Origin: Eledone cirrhosa
Lineage: Eukaryota
Reading direction: 5' to 3'
Length of the DNA stretch: 64,000 bases
Assembly: GCA_964016885.1 (NCBI GenBank)
Contig: OZ024741.1
Span: 42,408,001-42,472,000, forward strand
Shown: in pieces, positions 43,793 through 59,723 of the stretch
Layout of the letters: every line of letters starts with the position of its first letter
Numbering within the stretch: the stretch's first letter is position 1
Made by a program: the position numbers and the translations under genes
Notes under the pieces: model-generated
What the model was told of the DNA's origin: nothing
Seen by the model: only the letters and a program-made list of their open reading frames with translations
The model's database searches: none

Positions 43793-44030
43793 ATTGTTAT
43801 ATTTGGGGAGAGTCATATTGTTATAATATTGCTAGAAATATAAAATAAAACACATTCACGGATTGGTTTGAATTGGTTTTCGCTTCTGTATATTTTATAT
43901 CCCTATAATTAATTTAGCTGTCAATCAACAGTTAAAACATAGATATAAATATATATATATATAGTCTATCAAAGTTCTTTCAACGCACACCTGTGACATC
44001 ATCAGGGGTACTTCTCAAACGAAAGATGAA
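43793..44030 (-). mobile_element. PLE 3' fragment (family A2-related) with degenerate hammerhead
   Basis: Matches 23029-23260; minus strand CTGATGATGTCACAGGTGTGCGTTGAAAGAACTTTG. Confidence 0.75.
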
Positions 44031-44272
44031 CAAACCTGTCTCCGCACCTAATTTTAAATCTTTAAATTTTTATTCTTTTTAATTGTAATACGCAATATTT
44101 GATGAGATGGATTTCACTGATACATCGAAACACCGGCTATACTTATATACTTTATATACATTATAAAACTCATTTTTTAAAAAGAATTGTCCCTCTCATT
44201 TTTTCAATAATGTTACTTTGACGAATAAAAGAAGAAAAACATAAATATATGTTCCGTGCTATGTCCAATTCC

Positions 44273-44509
<237 letters not shown>

Positions 44510-44711
44510 TAGAAAATGAAGTGAATTCCTTGGTACAGTAAGATAAATTTGAAATTGTAGTGTAGAGTGACTTCACTGTTGATTGATGTTCTTTAATAAT
44601 TCAAATCATTACAATAACGACTTATTGTAAAGATTTACAATAAAAGATAAAAGAATCTCAAACACTAGTGAGATCGTTCTTTCTCACCTGGTTTCAAATA
44701 TATATATATAG

Positions 44712-45235
44712 ACGCAATGTTTAGACAAATCACAGAGACAATAAACATAAATGAATTACAACCAAAATTAAATAGAAAACATGAGTGGAACAGCAACATC
44801 ACAACTTACAATTAAGGACAAAATGAAAACACACACGTACAGTAACATGTAAATAAACAAATAAATAAACGAATATAAACACACACAGACACCCGGATGT
44901 AACACATGCGCAAATTAAGCACACAACACACACACAAAAACAAGATGGCGCAGGACAGAACAAAGGAGAGGCACAACAAACAAAGAAAAGAACATCCAGT
45001 CACTGAAGAGGTCACAGAATGTGTGACGAAAGAACTTTGACAATATATAAACAACCATCTGGTTGTGGAATAACCAACCAACCGAAAATTTATAAATTTA
45101 TTATAATAAATTGAAGTGAAAGCAACTGGTGCGTGTGTTTCTTATTGGCAACATGACCCTCCCAAAGTATAACAATATCGGTTTCAACACACGTTTTCAG
45201 ATAAAGAATCTTCCTAAACAAATTCAGAAACGAAA
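44712..45235 (+). mobile_element. Family A PLE 3' end (ORF tail, UTR, hammerhead at ~44998-45041), between TA tracts
   Basis: Encodes DAMFRQITETININELQPKLNRKHEWNSNITTYN*; UTR matches 29730-30175. Confidence 0.88.
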
Positions 45236-45410
45236 TATATATATATATATATATATTTATGTGTGTGTGTGTGTAAAAGGTAAACAGAAATAACAACACA
45301 ATTGGTACAGTATATGGAAGGGATATATTAGCTTAAATATATATATATATATATGCTCTCTTCGGATTTTGGTCATCATATTTATTATATATTTATATAT
45401 ATATATATAT

Positions 45411-45940
<530 letters not shown>

Positions 45941-45956
45941 TATACATATATATATA

Positions 45957-46902
<946 letters not shown>

Positions 46903-47768
46903 TATATGTATATATGTGTGTGTGTCTGTGTGCTTGTGTGTGTATTTATGTATATATATATATATATATATATAGTGGCGGTTGATATGAGTTTTGGTTT
47001 GTTTGTTGTTGTCTGATTGATTTCTTCATTTGTAGTAGTAGTTGTGACGAAGTGTGAAGTTGATGAGTAGCTTGGTCGAATAATGGCAAGTGAGTAAGTG
47101 AAGTGTGCTGCAATGTGTTGAGAGAGGTTTTGCCATGCTAGAGGAAACAGGTAGTTGTACTTGCTTGTTGTAGTGTGAGGTGATTACCACCGAGAAGATG
47201 ATTTTCCCATATCTAATGGATAAGAATTAACAAATGAATAAGAGACCGCTAATTTTAATGTTTTTATTTGGAACATAATTTATTTCAAAATTATGTACAG
47301 TAATGAAGAATTGAAAAATATTCACGTGAGATGCTGTATATTATGTGTGCAAATGTAGTAATATTCACTAACCTGTTTTGGCACCGATCTTAGCTAGTGC
47401 TGATCACAGCAAGGCTGGCTAGCGAGTGTATGTGACTGTGTATATCGCTATATTTCAAGGCTGAAGGAACAACCTGTCTCAGAGTTGGGAGCAAACTGTC
47501 TCCTGCAAAGTCGAAAAGTAGACAGTCTTTCCACAAGGGAAATTTATCTATTGTTCTCCCTACAATTGGCATCGGTAGTCCTCCCACAAGAGAAAGTTAG
47601 CTAAATTTGTGGCTCTGAGCTCGTAGATCAGTATTAAGGTGGTTGTGTGTGGCAGACTAAGAAACTGTGGGGAAAATGTGTCGAGATTTCACTATTTATA
47701 TATCAAGCAACGAATTTTTCTCGTGATCTTACCAGTGCACAAGACTCACTACTTTGTCATAATAAAGG

Positions 47769-47795
<27 letters not shown>

Positions 47796-47799
<4 letters not shown>

Positions 47800-48659
47800 A
47801 TTAAATAAATGGAAACTATATTTATAAAACCATATTTATTTCGTTATATATATTTCAGGGATATCATATTAACAATATGTTATGCCTTCTTCAGACAAAA
47901 TACAATATAAACAGTCTTATAAATAAATAGATACGACATACCTTTCAATCACCTTGCATTTGGGAGGTTGATTTGGCAGTAAAAAAAATATTGTGGACAG
48001 TTGTAAAAAGAAAGAGAGAAAGAAAGAAAGAGAAACGAAGAAAAAGAAGAAATGCATGTGACTAAATAGAGAGATATAGAAAGATAGATAAAGAGAAGAA
48101 CTTCATGTAAAGAAACAGAGAGAAATATATATAGAGAGAGGAAAAAAGAAAAAAAGAAAGAGATAGATAGAGATAGATAGAGAAACTAGGAAGTTGAGTA
48201 TCGGTTGATACATTTATTTATTTATTTATTTATTTATTTAGCTCTAGTATTAATGTAAAGAGAGATGTATGTAGTTAAGAGAGAAAATAGCCGTTATATA
48301 GAGAGAAAAAAGAGAAAATGAAAAAGAGAAAATGAAGCATAACCAGACATAAACGAGGCAGAATTTAAAACCGCTATGTTTTATCCCGTAGAAAATATTA
48401 GTTCGTATAAAACAGGCATTATAATGTAAATATCAGTATTCATTTATAAGACTGTTTATATTGTATTTTGTCTGAAGAAGGCATAACATATTGTTAATAT
48501 GATATCCCTGAAATATATATAACGAAATAAATATGGTTTTATAAATATAGTTTCCATTTATTTAATATCATAAATATACTCCAAATACTTGTTGAGTGCT
48601 TTTATATCAGTTATAAATATTTATTCGTTGTTAACCCAACAATTTAAATATAACTTTCC

Positions 48660-48660
<1 letters not shown>
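47796..48660 (-). mobile_element. Family D element with ~129 bp apparently identical inverted ends (47796-47924 / 48442-48570) and 90 bp extension
   Basis: Reverse-complement arms, hammerhead in each, (TA)n on both flanks. Confidence 0.85.
48464..48529 (+). ncRNA. Type I hammerhead ribozyme (family D)
   Basis: TATTTTGT-CTGAAGA-long stem II-GAAA-TATATA-TA-ACGAAATA; mirrored at ~47837-47902 (-). Confidence 0.8.
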
Positions 48661-48690
<30 letters not shown>

Positions 48691-48711
48691 ATATAATACA
48701 TTCACTCATAC

Positions 48712-48902
<191 letters not shown>

Positions 48903-48950
48903 CTATATAACATATAGTATACATTAATTTTATAGAACATATATATAATT

Positions 48951-49140
48951 AGCGGTGGACTGGCAGTATCGGTAGAGGGTCGGACGCCATGCTTTGCAGC
49001 ATAGAGTTACGGCCCTTTGTTATCTGTGTTCAAATACCGCAGAGGTTAACTTTGCCTTTCATCTTTACGATGTCGATAAAATAAAGTACCAGTAATACAA
49101 TGGTGTTATTGCTGGCCTTGTGTAAAAAAGTAGAAACAAT
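48951..49140 (+). mobile_element. Full-length S1 SINE
   Basis: S1 consensus; duplicated TATAGAACATATATA in the flanks. Confidence 0.9.
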
Positions 49141-49677
49141 TATATAGAACATATATAGTATATATTTCTCCAACGATATATGTTTATTTTTATCTCTCTA
49201 TATATATATACCTAATATTAAATCGCTTAACGCTTGGAACCGGAACCAATGGATGGAGGGTGGTGGTCTGATACGGAGAAATCGACCTGTTACAAGGCGA
49301 TACCACTGGAGTGTATCATCTTTCCTATAAACAATCCAGCCTGTGATGCTCCACCACAGCTAACCAACTTTTCTTTTTACTGACTCCTGCTTACAAGCTT
49401 TCACTGTTATGAATTGATGTGTAGATGTTTTGTTTTGTTTTTTGATCATGCTGAATAACACCCTCATTCATTTCTTGCTGTCCTCTCTCAACCTCCTTAA
49501 GATCTATTGCACCATTTATGTGATAAACTTTTGATGTAATTTTTTATGACATTATATGTATCATGTATTATGTGTTATTCTATACAGCGCTGGCGTCGGG
49601 ACCCCCTACTTTTCCTTTGTCCTTGTTCTAGAGACAGAGCTCGATGGAGCCTGCAACCTTTGATATATTTTTATTTA

Positions 49678-49728
49678 TAAGCTCCGATGATTCCTGCCCT
49701 AGAGTATGGATGAAACAGTGTTAGCAAA
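49678..49728 (+). ncRNA. Degenerate hammerhead near the 3' end of a TA-flanked element (~49210-49770)
   Basis: GCT-CCGATGA-T.TCC..GGA.T-GAAA-CAGTG-TT-AGC. Confidence 0.45.
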
Positions 49729-50175
49729 TAAAAAAATGTATTTTTAAGCACTCTTTGGTTATTCCTAAACGTATATATATATATACATATATCTTTTAAT
49801 TTGAATTACATATATATATGCTTATATATATATATACATACATACATATCTCTCTCTATATATATGTCTGTGTATGTATGGATGTATTTGCGCTCTTTTG
49901 AGTGTGTTTGAGTTTGTGTGTGTGTGTGTGTGTGTGTAATGTAGAATATGTGTTCAAGTTTCATCATGTCCTTTATGTGTTACAATTTTCACCCTCTCAT
50001 CAGGTAACATTTATATGCACCTGTTTAAAAATACCATATTATCTTTTGAAAAATAAAAAAACAACTATCAACCATTTCCACATAGGTGGTAAGATTTAGT
50101 GGTCTCGTGTAATTGGAATCATCTATTAAAATGTGGTTCAATTCTATGATCTTATAACATTTCATTCATAGCTAA

Positions 50176-51265
50176 ACCAGATAGAAAAATGCGTACAGCA
50201 AAAAAAAAGTAATATTGTTGGAATATAAACCTTTAAAAATACAGGACAAGAAACTAAAATAAAACTTTAAAAGAATAGGCAAGAAACTAAGATAAAACTT
50301 TAAAAGAATAGGACAAGAAACTAAAATAAAACTTTAAAGAATTGGACAAGAAATAAAAAATCTTACAATAATATTAGTGGCAAAACTTTTATTGGTAAAA
50401 AATCGAGTTCCACATTCATAGGCTCTGGGTTCCACATTCAGAAGTCGTCGTCAGAGCGGGGGAATCATTTGATTCTGGTTTGAACACCAATTGGGCCATA
50501 ACCATACCCCTATTTCATCATTCGGCGACACGCCTCATGTGTCATGCATAATGTGAATGGACCCATGGGCCCATGAGCACAGATCTTGAGCAGCAGCGGA
50601 CGGTCTTGTCGTCCCGGTCATCCTTGATCTTGACCAACCCGTCCATCTTCTCCTTGCATCTTGTTCTTGAGTTCAAGTCCGGCAGTCCAGATGAATACGT
50701 GCCACAGCTTTCTGGTACAGGAAGGGGGAGCAGGAGGACTGAAGGGATGACGGGACAGAGGGAGGACCGGTGGTTGAGGGAGGTGCCGTAGTCGGTGGTC
50801 AGAGTCGACATCTTGTCCCGGTCGTCTTCTCCATCTTCGTCTGGTGTTGCAGGACCAGAAGCGCATTCTTGGGGGAGACCTGCAGCTGCATCGGCCAATT
50901 CTTCTTGCAATGGTCATTCTGACAGAGCAGAACTGCTCAGCCAGCCAACCCAACCAGAACCAACTGCTCAGGGGCAACGCACAATGAGAGCATGACAATT
51001 ATTATGCACTAATGAAGAAGATACTGGGGCATAGCACAGGAAACGAATAAAAAAATGTTGTCACTAATATTATTGTAAATTTTTTTATTTCTTGTCCAAT
51101 TCTTTAAAGTTTTATCTTAGTTTCTTGTCCTATTCTTTTAAAGTTTTATCTTAGTTTCTTGTCCTATTCTTTTAAAGTTTTATTTTAGTTTCTTGTCCTG
51201 TATTTTTAAAGGTTTATATTCCAACAATATTACTTTTTTTTGCTGTACGCATTTTTCTATCTGGT
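50176..51265. mobile_element. Unclassified element: ~208 bp inverted repeats built of 33-34 bp tandem subrepeats around a GC-rich 675 bp core
   Basis: 50176-50383 is the reverse complement of 51058-51265; unit GGACAAGAAACTAA(A/G)ATAAAACTTTAAAAGAATA x3.5. Confidence 0.75.
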
Positions 51266-52653
51266 CTACTATTTTTTAAAGCAATGCAAGCAACAACTAT
51301 CTAATAATTAAATGATCATAGTGAATTACTGACAAGTGATTGACATTTTAAAGTTCTTTTGAGTATAATTGCAATCTAGTTGAGGCAACTGGCTTAATGA
51401 CAAAGCTAGTAAATCATGAATGCATTTGAGATGATTAGTGCATAATAGTGAATTGGTGAAACTTGTGCATTTCAATGGTGTTACAACAATAGATGTAAGT
51501 TATATAGTAGTAATACTTTATCATTTTAACTTTTTAGAATGGACAAAAGCCCATGCAAAGAAATGACTTTGACTGCAGTGATTCTGTCCAATTTACTTAC
51601 AAAGCAAAACGTGGTCAAATACCTTATCATCTCTGATAAAATGCCCATTGAATCACTGAAAATCGGATGCATGGAATTCCTCATAAAATGCACCTATGAA
51701 TCGGAAGCCATCACATATATCAATGGATATAGGGAGTTGTTCACACTGGAAGATCATCACTTCATTTGTGACTTCATCAGTTATCTCACGATTATCTCAG
51801 ACACCCAATGCCATTGATGAGAGGTGATCCAATGTGCGAGCATGTAACTAATCTTATAGAAGTTGTTATCGACTACCTGGCTTTTAGTGACATTTGACTG
51901 ATTTGACTGATAATGATGTATTTTTAAAAAGTATGTGTACATTCTTGTTACTATTTTAAGGCAATGCAAGCAACAACTATTTAATAAAATTTAAATTTAA
52001 AAATGACCATTGTGCATTACTAGTATGATGACATTTTATTAAGTCACAAAATTAGTCAGTCAGCCATAGAACAAGGATCAGGTGGCAAAAACATTGGCAA
52101 AAAATTGTGTCAATTTAAGATTTCCAACATTGTTCAAATGAATCATATCTGGTTTGAAGTCAGATTTGTCAAATTTTGACCAATTTTCAATGTTGTGAAG
52201 ATTGGGCAAGTTCAATTTTTGAATCATTTCTTTCATGCAGTAATTAAACTTTTCCAAACGTCGTCATTTCTGGATTACCTCCCCTAGCGTCACGCTTACT
52301 ACTCACTCACTTGAACACAAGATTTATCAGCAAACTTTGATTATAAACTTTTTCCCGCTGGACCAAATTTCTAGATTTTTAAGCCAAAAGATGCGTAATG
52401 ATCTACTGTTCATGCTCATATAAGTTTTATCTCAGTTAAATAAAGTAGAGCCGCGCTGTACTGTCGTAAACAGACGATTGCCAACGAAAACACAACAACA
52501 ATGTTACTAAACGGACTACCGTCCGTTTAGGATAGTACAATGAGAAAGAAGCAACACTAATAGAAACGCTATGAAGTTAATTTCTGTGGAGATCTGTTGA
52601 TTGTTACAATATTTCATCTGTTGCTTTCATTGTCAAACATATCATTTCATTTA

Positions 52654-52706
52654 TCTATATATATAAAACAGAGGATGGCTGTCTGTGTGTCTGTATATGT
52701 GTGTGT

Positions 52707-52748
<42 letters not shown>

Positions 52749-53799
52749 CCCTAAAGCTCGAGAAGTACCCGACCGATTTTTTCAAACTTTACACATGCGT
52801 TACTTATATTTCTTGAAGGGCAATGGGCTAAAAACAACTTAACTTCTTCTGCCCTAAGGCCCGCATTAGGCAAAAAACCGCATTTTCAAGGCATTTTAAA
52901 GCATTTTTGAGGCGTAACTTAAAGATAATCCAACCGATTTTCTCGAAATTTGCAGCACACATTAGTTACTCCCCTCGCATTGCTGTGGATAAAAAAATTG
53001 CGATTCCATAAATGGTTTCTAGGAAATTTACGAATTAGTATTGGGCATTACATGCCATTTTCATTTTCAATATAAGTGCTACTTAAACATCGTAAGTAAC
53101 GTATAATATTTCGTTAAATATTTGGTTTATTTAACAGAGGACACAACACTTACTTACTTTTAAGCAGGACTATTTTCGGAGGATTGAGGAAATGAGGAGC
53201 ACCTTAAAATGTTTGTCGGCGCCCTCTTGACCCTTCGTGATTTCATCACGCGCAAATCCGGGCCCTGTGTACGTTGACGTGTTATTGACACCGTAAAACT
53301 CACGTCTGTGCTACTTCTACTAAGACCCCTTTTGTTGCACCTACACCATAGTATGAACGCCCTGCGCAAGTACGCCGAACAGCGGTTGTGCTAATTGCAC
53401 TATGACCCCCTTCTGCTGCAGCTGCGTTGTCACGCTGATTTCGTCCTCTAAATATCCCTACTTAAACGTACATCCCTACTTGGTTTTCACACAATTGACT
53501 ACGTCGCTCCTTCAGACTGACGTGTGTTCCCCATCCGTGACGTAATTCGTGAACAGACTTACGACATACATCGCCTCACAAAACTTACTTAATCCTTTCG
53601 CATACAGGATTTCCGCAATCAGCCCACTGACACAGTACTATTGGATTTGGCCTGCTGGTGTTCTACGTTTCCAGTAGATGAACAATCATTCCCTGAGAAT
53701 AAGGGAATTCAAAAAGTACACGGCTACATTCCTCAATCTTTGCATATGCAGTGCTATTTCACGTTTCCTACCCCGTGCAACGCCGGGTCCTGCTGTTAG
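52654..53799 (+). mobile_element. Non-autonomous Helitron (family H2)
   Basis: 5' A|TCTATATATATAAAA, internal (TG)n and duplicated CCGATTTT(T/C)TC(A/G)AA motif, 3' hairpin CCCCGTGCAACGCCGGG then (T)TAG|T. Confidence 0.72.
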
Positions 53800-53874
53800 T
53801 TATTTTAATATAATTGTCTACATTTAAAACATAACAACAACAGAAGCAACAACTACAATAGCAACAACAATATC

Positions 53875-54457
53875 AAGGCCAATAATTTTGGGGGAGGGGG
53901 AAAATCGATGTAATCAACTCCAATACATAACTGGTGGTATATTTTATCGACCCCGTAAAGATGAACGGCAAAGCTAACCTCGGCGGGATTTGAAGTCAGA
54001 ACGTAAAGGGACGTAACTCTATGATGTGAAGCATGTTGTCCGACGCTCTACCGATACTACCAATCGATCACCTTAATAGTAATAATGGTTTCTTATATAG
54101 GCACAATGCCAGCAATTTTGGGTAGGAGAAAGTCGATTAAATCGACTCCAGTGCGTGACTGGTACTTTATTTTATCGACCCCGTAAGGATGAAAGGCAAA
54201 TTTAACTTCAGCGGGATTTGAACTCAGATTATAAAAGGCCGTAACTCTATGCTGCAAAGCATGGTGTCTGACGCTCTACCGACGCTCTGCCAATCCACCG
54301 CCCTTACCTTAATAGTAATAATAATAATTGTTTCTACTTTAGGCTTAAGGCCAGCAATTTGAAGGGTATGGGAAAGTCGATTAAATCTACCCCAGTGCTT
54401 TACTGGTACTTTTATTTTATCGACCCCGTAAAGATGAAAGGCAAAGCTAACCTCGGC
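53875..54457 (-). mobile_element. Three tandem S1 SINE copies
   Basis: S1 consensus with (TAA)n spacers. Confidence 0.87.
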
Positions 54458-55365
54458 AATAATAATCATTTGTTTAAGATGATATTTGAAATGCAGAATT
54501 TCCATCGTTGAATATTAGTTATTTAAACTTTTAGAGCTTCTTCATTAAATTCGTCGTCTGCCATCTGATTGTGTCTGCATCTTTCTATCAGCAGTTGCCT
54601 GTCAGGTCCACCGAGTCATTCAAGATCATTCTACTTACTATTCCTGGGAGGAAATCATTGAAATCTTGATAATACCGTATTTGTTTTCTACTACTGCGAT
54701 TTGGTACTGTGTCAAAGTTAATTTGATTTTATTATTTGTATTTCTCACATAACTTCACCTTTTTTCATGTTACTACGATCTGTTGATTGTGTATCTGTCG
54801 AATTAAATTTCTATTCAATATTTCAGGAAACTATAGGATGAATTTTCTAGTACTGGTGAACCCGCCACCGTTCATGTTTAACAATTTCACCCTTGAGGAT
54901 AAGTTACATCTCAGCATTATTTTTACAACCGAATTATATGTCTGTATTTTCTTTTGTTGGATTATTATTTTTGGTATGTAGTATGCAAACAATACTTTCG
55001 AATCTTCTTTTGCTTCCTTGTTATGTTTTGTTTTATTTAATAGCTAGAGAGACTTCAGACGTATTTTAAAGATGGAAACCATTTTAAGTAAAAGACCGGA
55101 TTGTTTATTGATTTTCTGTTTAGAATGTTTGTTGTCAGAATTATATTGGAACTTTGCTTGGCACCTACAACTTTTGATCGAATAAGTTACTTTTACTTTA
55201 AATTGTTTTCCTCTGCATTATTTATACACACCACTGGTCAGGTGTTTATAATTTCCAGCATTTCTTTGCTTTTCTGACAGTGACCACTTGGTGCAATAAC
55301 AGATAACTGGCGATTTATGTTTTAACAAAGGTCTGGATCATTCAGCTCTTAAATGAAACAAAAAG

Positions 55366-56100
55366 GAAGAAAAATGTGAAATTGTTTATAGCATTACGTA
55401 TCTAGAAATAAAATATAAGAACCTACTGTTTCCACCATTTTCTCGGAACATCTCAACACAATATTTCAAAAGTTTCCATAGATTGGAAATAACACGGAAT
55501 GACATAATGTTTACATTATTCGGATCAGTGATTTGAGGTTCGAATTTCCGAGACTACAGAATCAAAACAGAAAAGAAATGCAGAAAATAAAACACTTTAC
55601 ATTGTACAACTTCTGTTCTATTTATCAATATTAGAATCTTTTCAGAGTGGTGTACAGTTGTGAAAGATATTCAAATCTCAACGCAAATCCTGAGTTTAAA
55701 CAGGCCTTATCTATCCAAATTTCTTCATACGGGTTAGGTCGACTAGGGACTATGTTAAGTAACACTTGCACAATATAGCAGGCAGTATGATAGAAGCTGG
55801 AAACTTACAATAGAGAACTATAGAGATTTTCGTGGAATAGAACTGGAATAGAACTTAAATGAAGCAAGAAAGAAGAAGAAAAATGAAATTGTTTATTGCA
55901 TTACATATCTAGAAATAAAATATAAGAACTTACTGTTTTCACCATTTTCCCGGAACATCTGAAGACAATATTTTAAAAGTCTCAATATATTGGAAATAAC
56001 ACGGAAAGTCACTTTGAATGTTTACATTATTCGGATCAGGAAATTTGAAGTTCAAATTGCCGAAGCTACAGAACCAAAAGCGAAAGAAGAATGCATAAAT
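55366..56100 (+). repeat. Diverged ~225 bp direct duplication (55366-55590 / 55875-56100)
   Basis: GAAATTGTTTAT.GCATTAC.TATCTAGAAATAAAATATAAGAAC.TACTG...TTTACATTATTCGGATCAG in both. Confidence 0.8.
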
Positions 56101-56138
56101 AGGTTATTATATGATTGGAACATAATGGTTGAAATAAA

Positions 56139-56624
56139 TCTAAACTATAATAAAGTAAGGAGTGCGGGACTGCGTCCAGAATATATATTTTTTTTATCCC
56201 GTTTGTAAAATAAGTTGGATTACTTTGAATAAATAATGAATGAATATTACATAACTTATCTACTAAATTTCGTTATTCTTGATTAAATATAAATATAAAT
56301 AATTTTGTTATTTTAAGATTCACTTCTTTAAAATGTTCAAATGTCAATACTTCCGGTTAGCGATCACTTAAATAAACATTCATATATATTTCTGTCTCCA
56401 ATATGCAGTTCATATATAATATCCTCTTTTTTTAATGTATCATGGATTACGTTACTGATTACATAAGACACGGTAGCGCAGTCTTCGTTCAATTTCTGTG
56501 TATATTGTCAATTACGATTTTATTTGATGTATCATAGCTACATGTATATATACTTGCATATAATATCAATATACACACTACACATGCTAGCAGAAAACCC
56601 CCCGAAGGGTAGTTTTTCTGCTAG
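56139..56624 (+). mobile_element. Non-autonomous Helitron (family H1), SINE-free copy
   Basis: A|TCTAAACTATAATAAAG ... CTAGCAGAAAACCCCCCGAAGGGTAGTTTTTCTGCTAG|T. Confidence 0.85.
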
Positions 56625-57424
56625 TAAATAGTAATAATCCTTGTTGTCTTGGATATCTTTCCACCATATCCTTCCCTGTCTGATCTTCCTTCATCACATC
56701 TCTCGTGAACTCGACTCTGTGTTTCCTTTCGTTTATGTGTGAATGTGTGTCCGTGAAAGATATACATATATACCATGTCCGAACACATAGGAACCGAACT
56801 CCCTCTGTCACTGCCTCCGTCTCTCTCGCTCTCCCCATCTCTCACTATTATAAGAAAATGAGGGGTGGGGGTGGCACGCACTGGCCGCCCCGCGGACAGA
56901 ATAAAGAAGGTTTTTCTCCGGAGGATGGTGAGGGAGACGTGCTAGAAGAGCCAATAGAGATCGCGAGGCTTGCACCTGTAGGTAGCAAACTCTGTGCCGA
57001 TCGTAGGGCCAAGGACACCATTTTGGCTAAATGTTATGGTCACCTCTGCTTTGTCTTTTTCCTATTTCCTGAAATATATTTTAATTTGAGTTCTTCTCAT
57101 TTCTCAGTTTTTAAACAAATTCTTGCTATCTATTTCTTATAAATGCAACACTCTACACATAATCTAAATCTCAGTCTGGGATATCATTGTTATTCTAATG
57201 TTGATGTGATGCCGTATAAGGTTTATGCGTCAGCTTTATTTAAGGTTACTACGACTATGCTAAATAACACTTGCAAAAGATGTCAGGCAATGTTCCGTTG
57301 CATGTTTCTAAGTTTCTAAGTATATAACTAGTAACAAGAATGATTAGCTGGAAACGTCGGCGAAACACTAATTACAATAAAGCGAGTTACAAATACAAAA
57401 ACAGACAAAATTCTGATATAAACC

Positions 57425-58125
57425 AGGAATTCTACTGAGGTCAACTATGCTTTACCTTCTTTCCTTCTTGGATCGATAAAATGAAGTACCAGTGTCGATA
57501 TAATGGACTTTCCCCACCCGCAACATCACTGGTTTGGTAACCAAAGTAGAAGCGGATTGGTAGTATCGGTAGAGGGTCGGACGCCATGCTTTGCAGCACA
57601 GTTACGTTCCTTTACGGACTGAGTTCAAATCTCGCCGAGGTTAACTTTGCCTTTCATCCTTACGGGGTCGATAAAATAAAGTACCAGTAATACACTGGGA
57701 TAATTGCTGGCCTTGTGCCAAAAGTAGAAACAATTATTACATAGATTCTATGATAAAATAAAATACCAGTAATGCACTGGTGCCAAAAGTAGAAACAATT
57801 ATTACATAGATTCTAAGGGCGGTCGATTGGCAGTATCGGTAGAGCGTAGGACAACATGCTTTGCAGCATAGAGTTACGTCCCTTTATGATCTGAGTTCAA
57901 ATCCCGCCGAAGTTAACTTGGCCTTTCATCCTTACGGGGTCGATAAAATAAAGTACTTGTCACGCACTGGGGTCGATTTAATCGACTTTCCTCTCCCCCC
58001 AAATTGATGGCCTTGTGCCTCCCGCCGAGGTTGACTTTGCCTTTCATCCTTACGGGGTCAATAAAATAAAGTACCAGTAATGCACTGGGTCATTGCTGGC
58101 CCTGTGCTTAAAGTAGAAACAATTA
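57425..58125 (+). mobile_element. Tandem array of 4-5 full and partial S1 SINEs with triplicated flank ATTATTACATAGATTCT
   Basis: S1 consensus; flank repeated at ~57733, 57800 and 58123. Confidence 0.85.
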
Positions 58126-59270
58126 TTACATAGATTCTTTATCTTTCTTATATTACAAGGATACGAAGTACACTGCTAAGACATTCGTACATACATTTAT
58201 ATTTAAACAAATGATTTGAATAAAAATCCGTTCAAATAAAGCGTTTTACATAATGTAACTTGGAATCACTGTTTTATAGAACATACCTATACTTATATGT
58301 AACCTGCTGTTAATTTTTAAAGAAGAAAATTCCAGTTGTACGAACTATATGAATTGGATGCCAGCATAAAAGCATCGTGTCTATTACTCCGATAGCTATG
58401 CGAGTGTAATTATTTGCCTTTTCAGTTAGTTTCTGCACAAAGAATTGCTATGTCAATTATTTAATCATTGTTGTCATATTTGTAATAGAAAATGATGTCA
58501 GCTTTTGTTGCGTTTTAACTGCTGATTTGTCTGTATGCTGTGTAAGATCTATAGAAATTCCTGCATTGGCATTGTCTATGATACATGGAGATTTGGGAGT
58601 TCTAGGAGAGCGTAGACAGGTCAATCTTATGGTAATTAAGATATTCGCTTTTCAATGAAGAGTTCGCAGGTTTGATGCATCTTGGTCAGATGTCTTTACT
58701 AAAGTCGTTTTACTCTAATCGACCCAAGATCTGTGAATGAAAATGGGTGGACGAAAACTGTGTGGAAATTTATTGGATAATTCTTGCCCGCACTTCAAAT
58801 GACAGGCATTGTCATATATGCCATACTCTTATTTTGCCTATGAATTCTATCTAGAGTACAAGTATCTATGAAACACTCCACCACCTAGGCGAAGAGGTCA
58901 ATCAGTTGCACGAAAAATTGAATGATCATCGTCGAAACCACCGGAGATCCGTACGTTAAATTTTACATTATGTTCCACTATATATATGTAATAGCTTTTC
59001 TACAACAAACTTAACCAGATCTTTTACAATGCTTCATATAAACTAGAAATCTTGTTTTGCTTTGTTTTACTTTACACCCAATTAACTCCTTTATATGTAG
59101 ATTGCATTATGCTGGCTTTCCTAAAACAATTTCAACTATATAAAGAAGTATTAAGTTGTCAAATTGATGCCTGTATTGGTAGGTCTTCTACTGAGAGTTT
59201 GTTTTATTCGTTATCGATACACATGTGAGGCGAAGTGCCTGTGTGTATGGAAAGTACAGTTAAATATCAT

Positions 59271-59723
<453 letters not shown>

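Noticed and set aside
47380-47700. Moderately GC-rich stretch as a possible host exon
   Set aside because: Stops in the frames I checked, no recognisable motif or convincing splice pair
50245-50355. CRISPR-like array of 33-34 bp repeats
   Set aside because: Repeats are contiguous with no unique spacers, context is eukaryotic and there are no cas genes
54460-55350. Possible decayed LINE on minus strand
   Set aside because: Composition is suggestive but I could read no diagnostic motif
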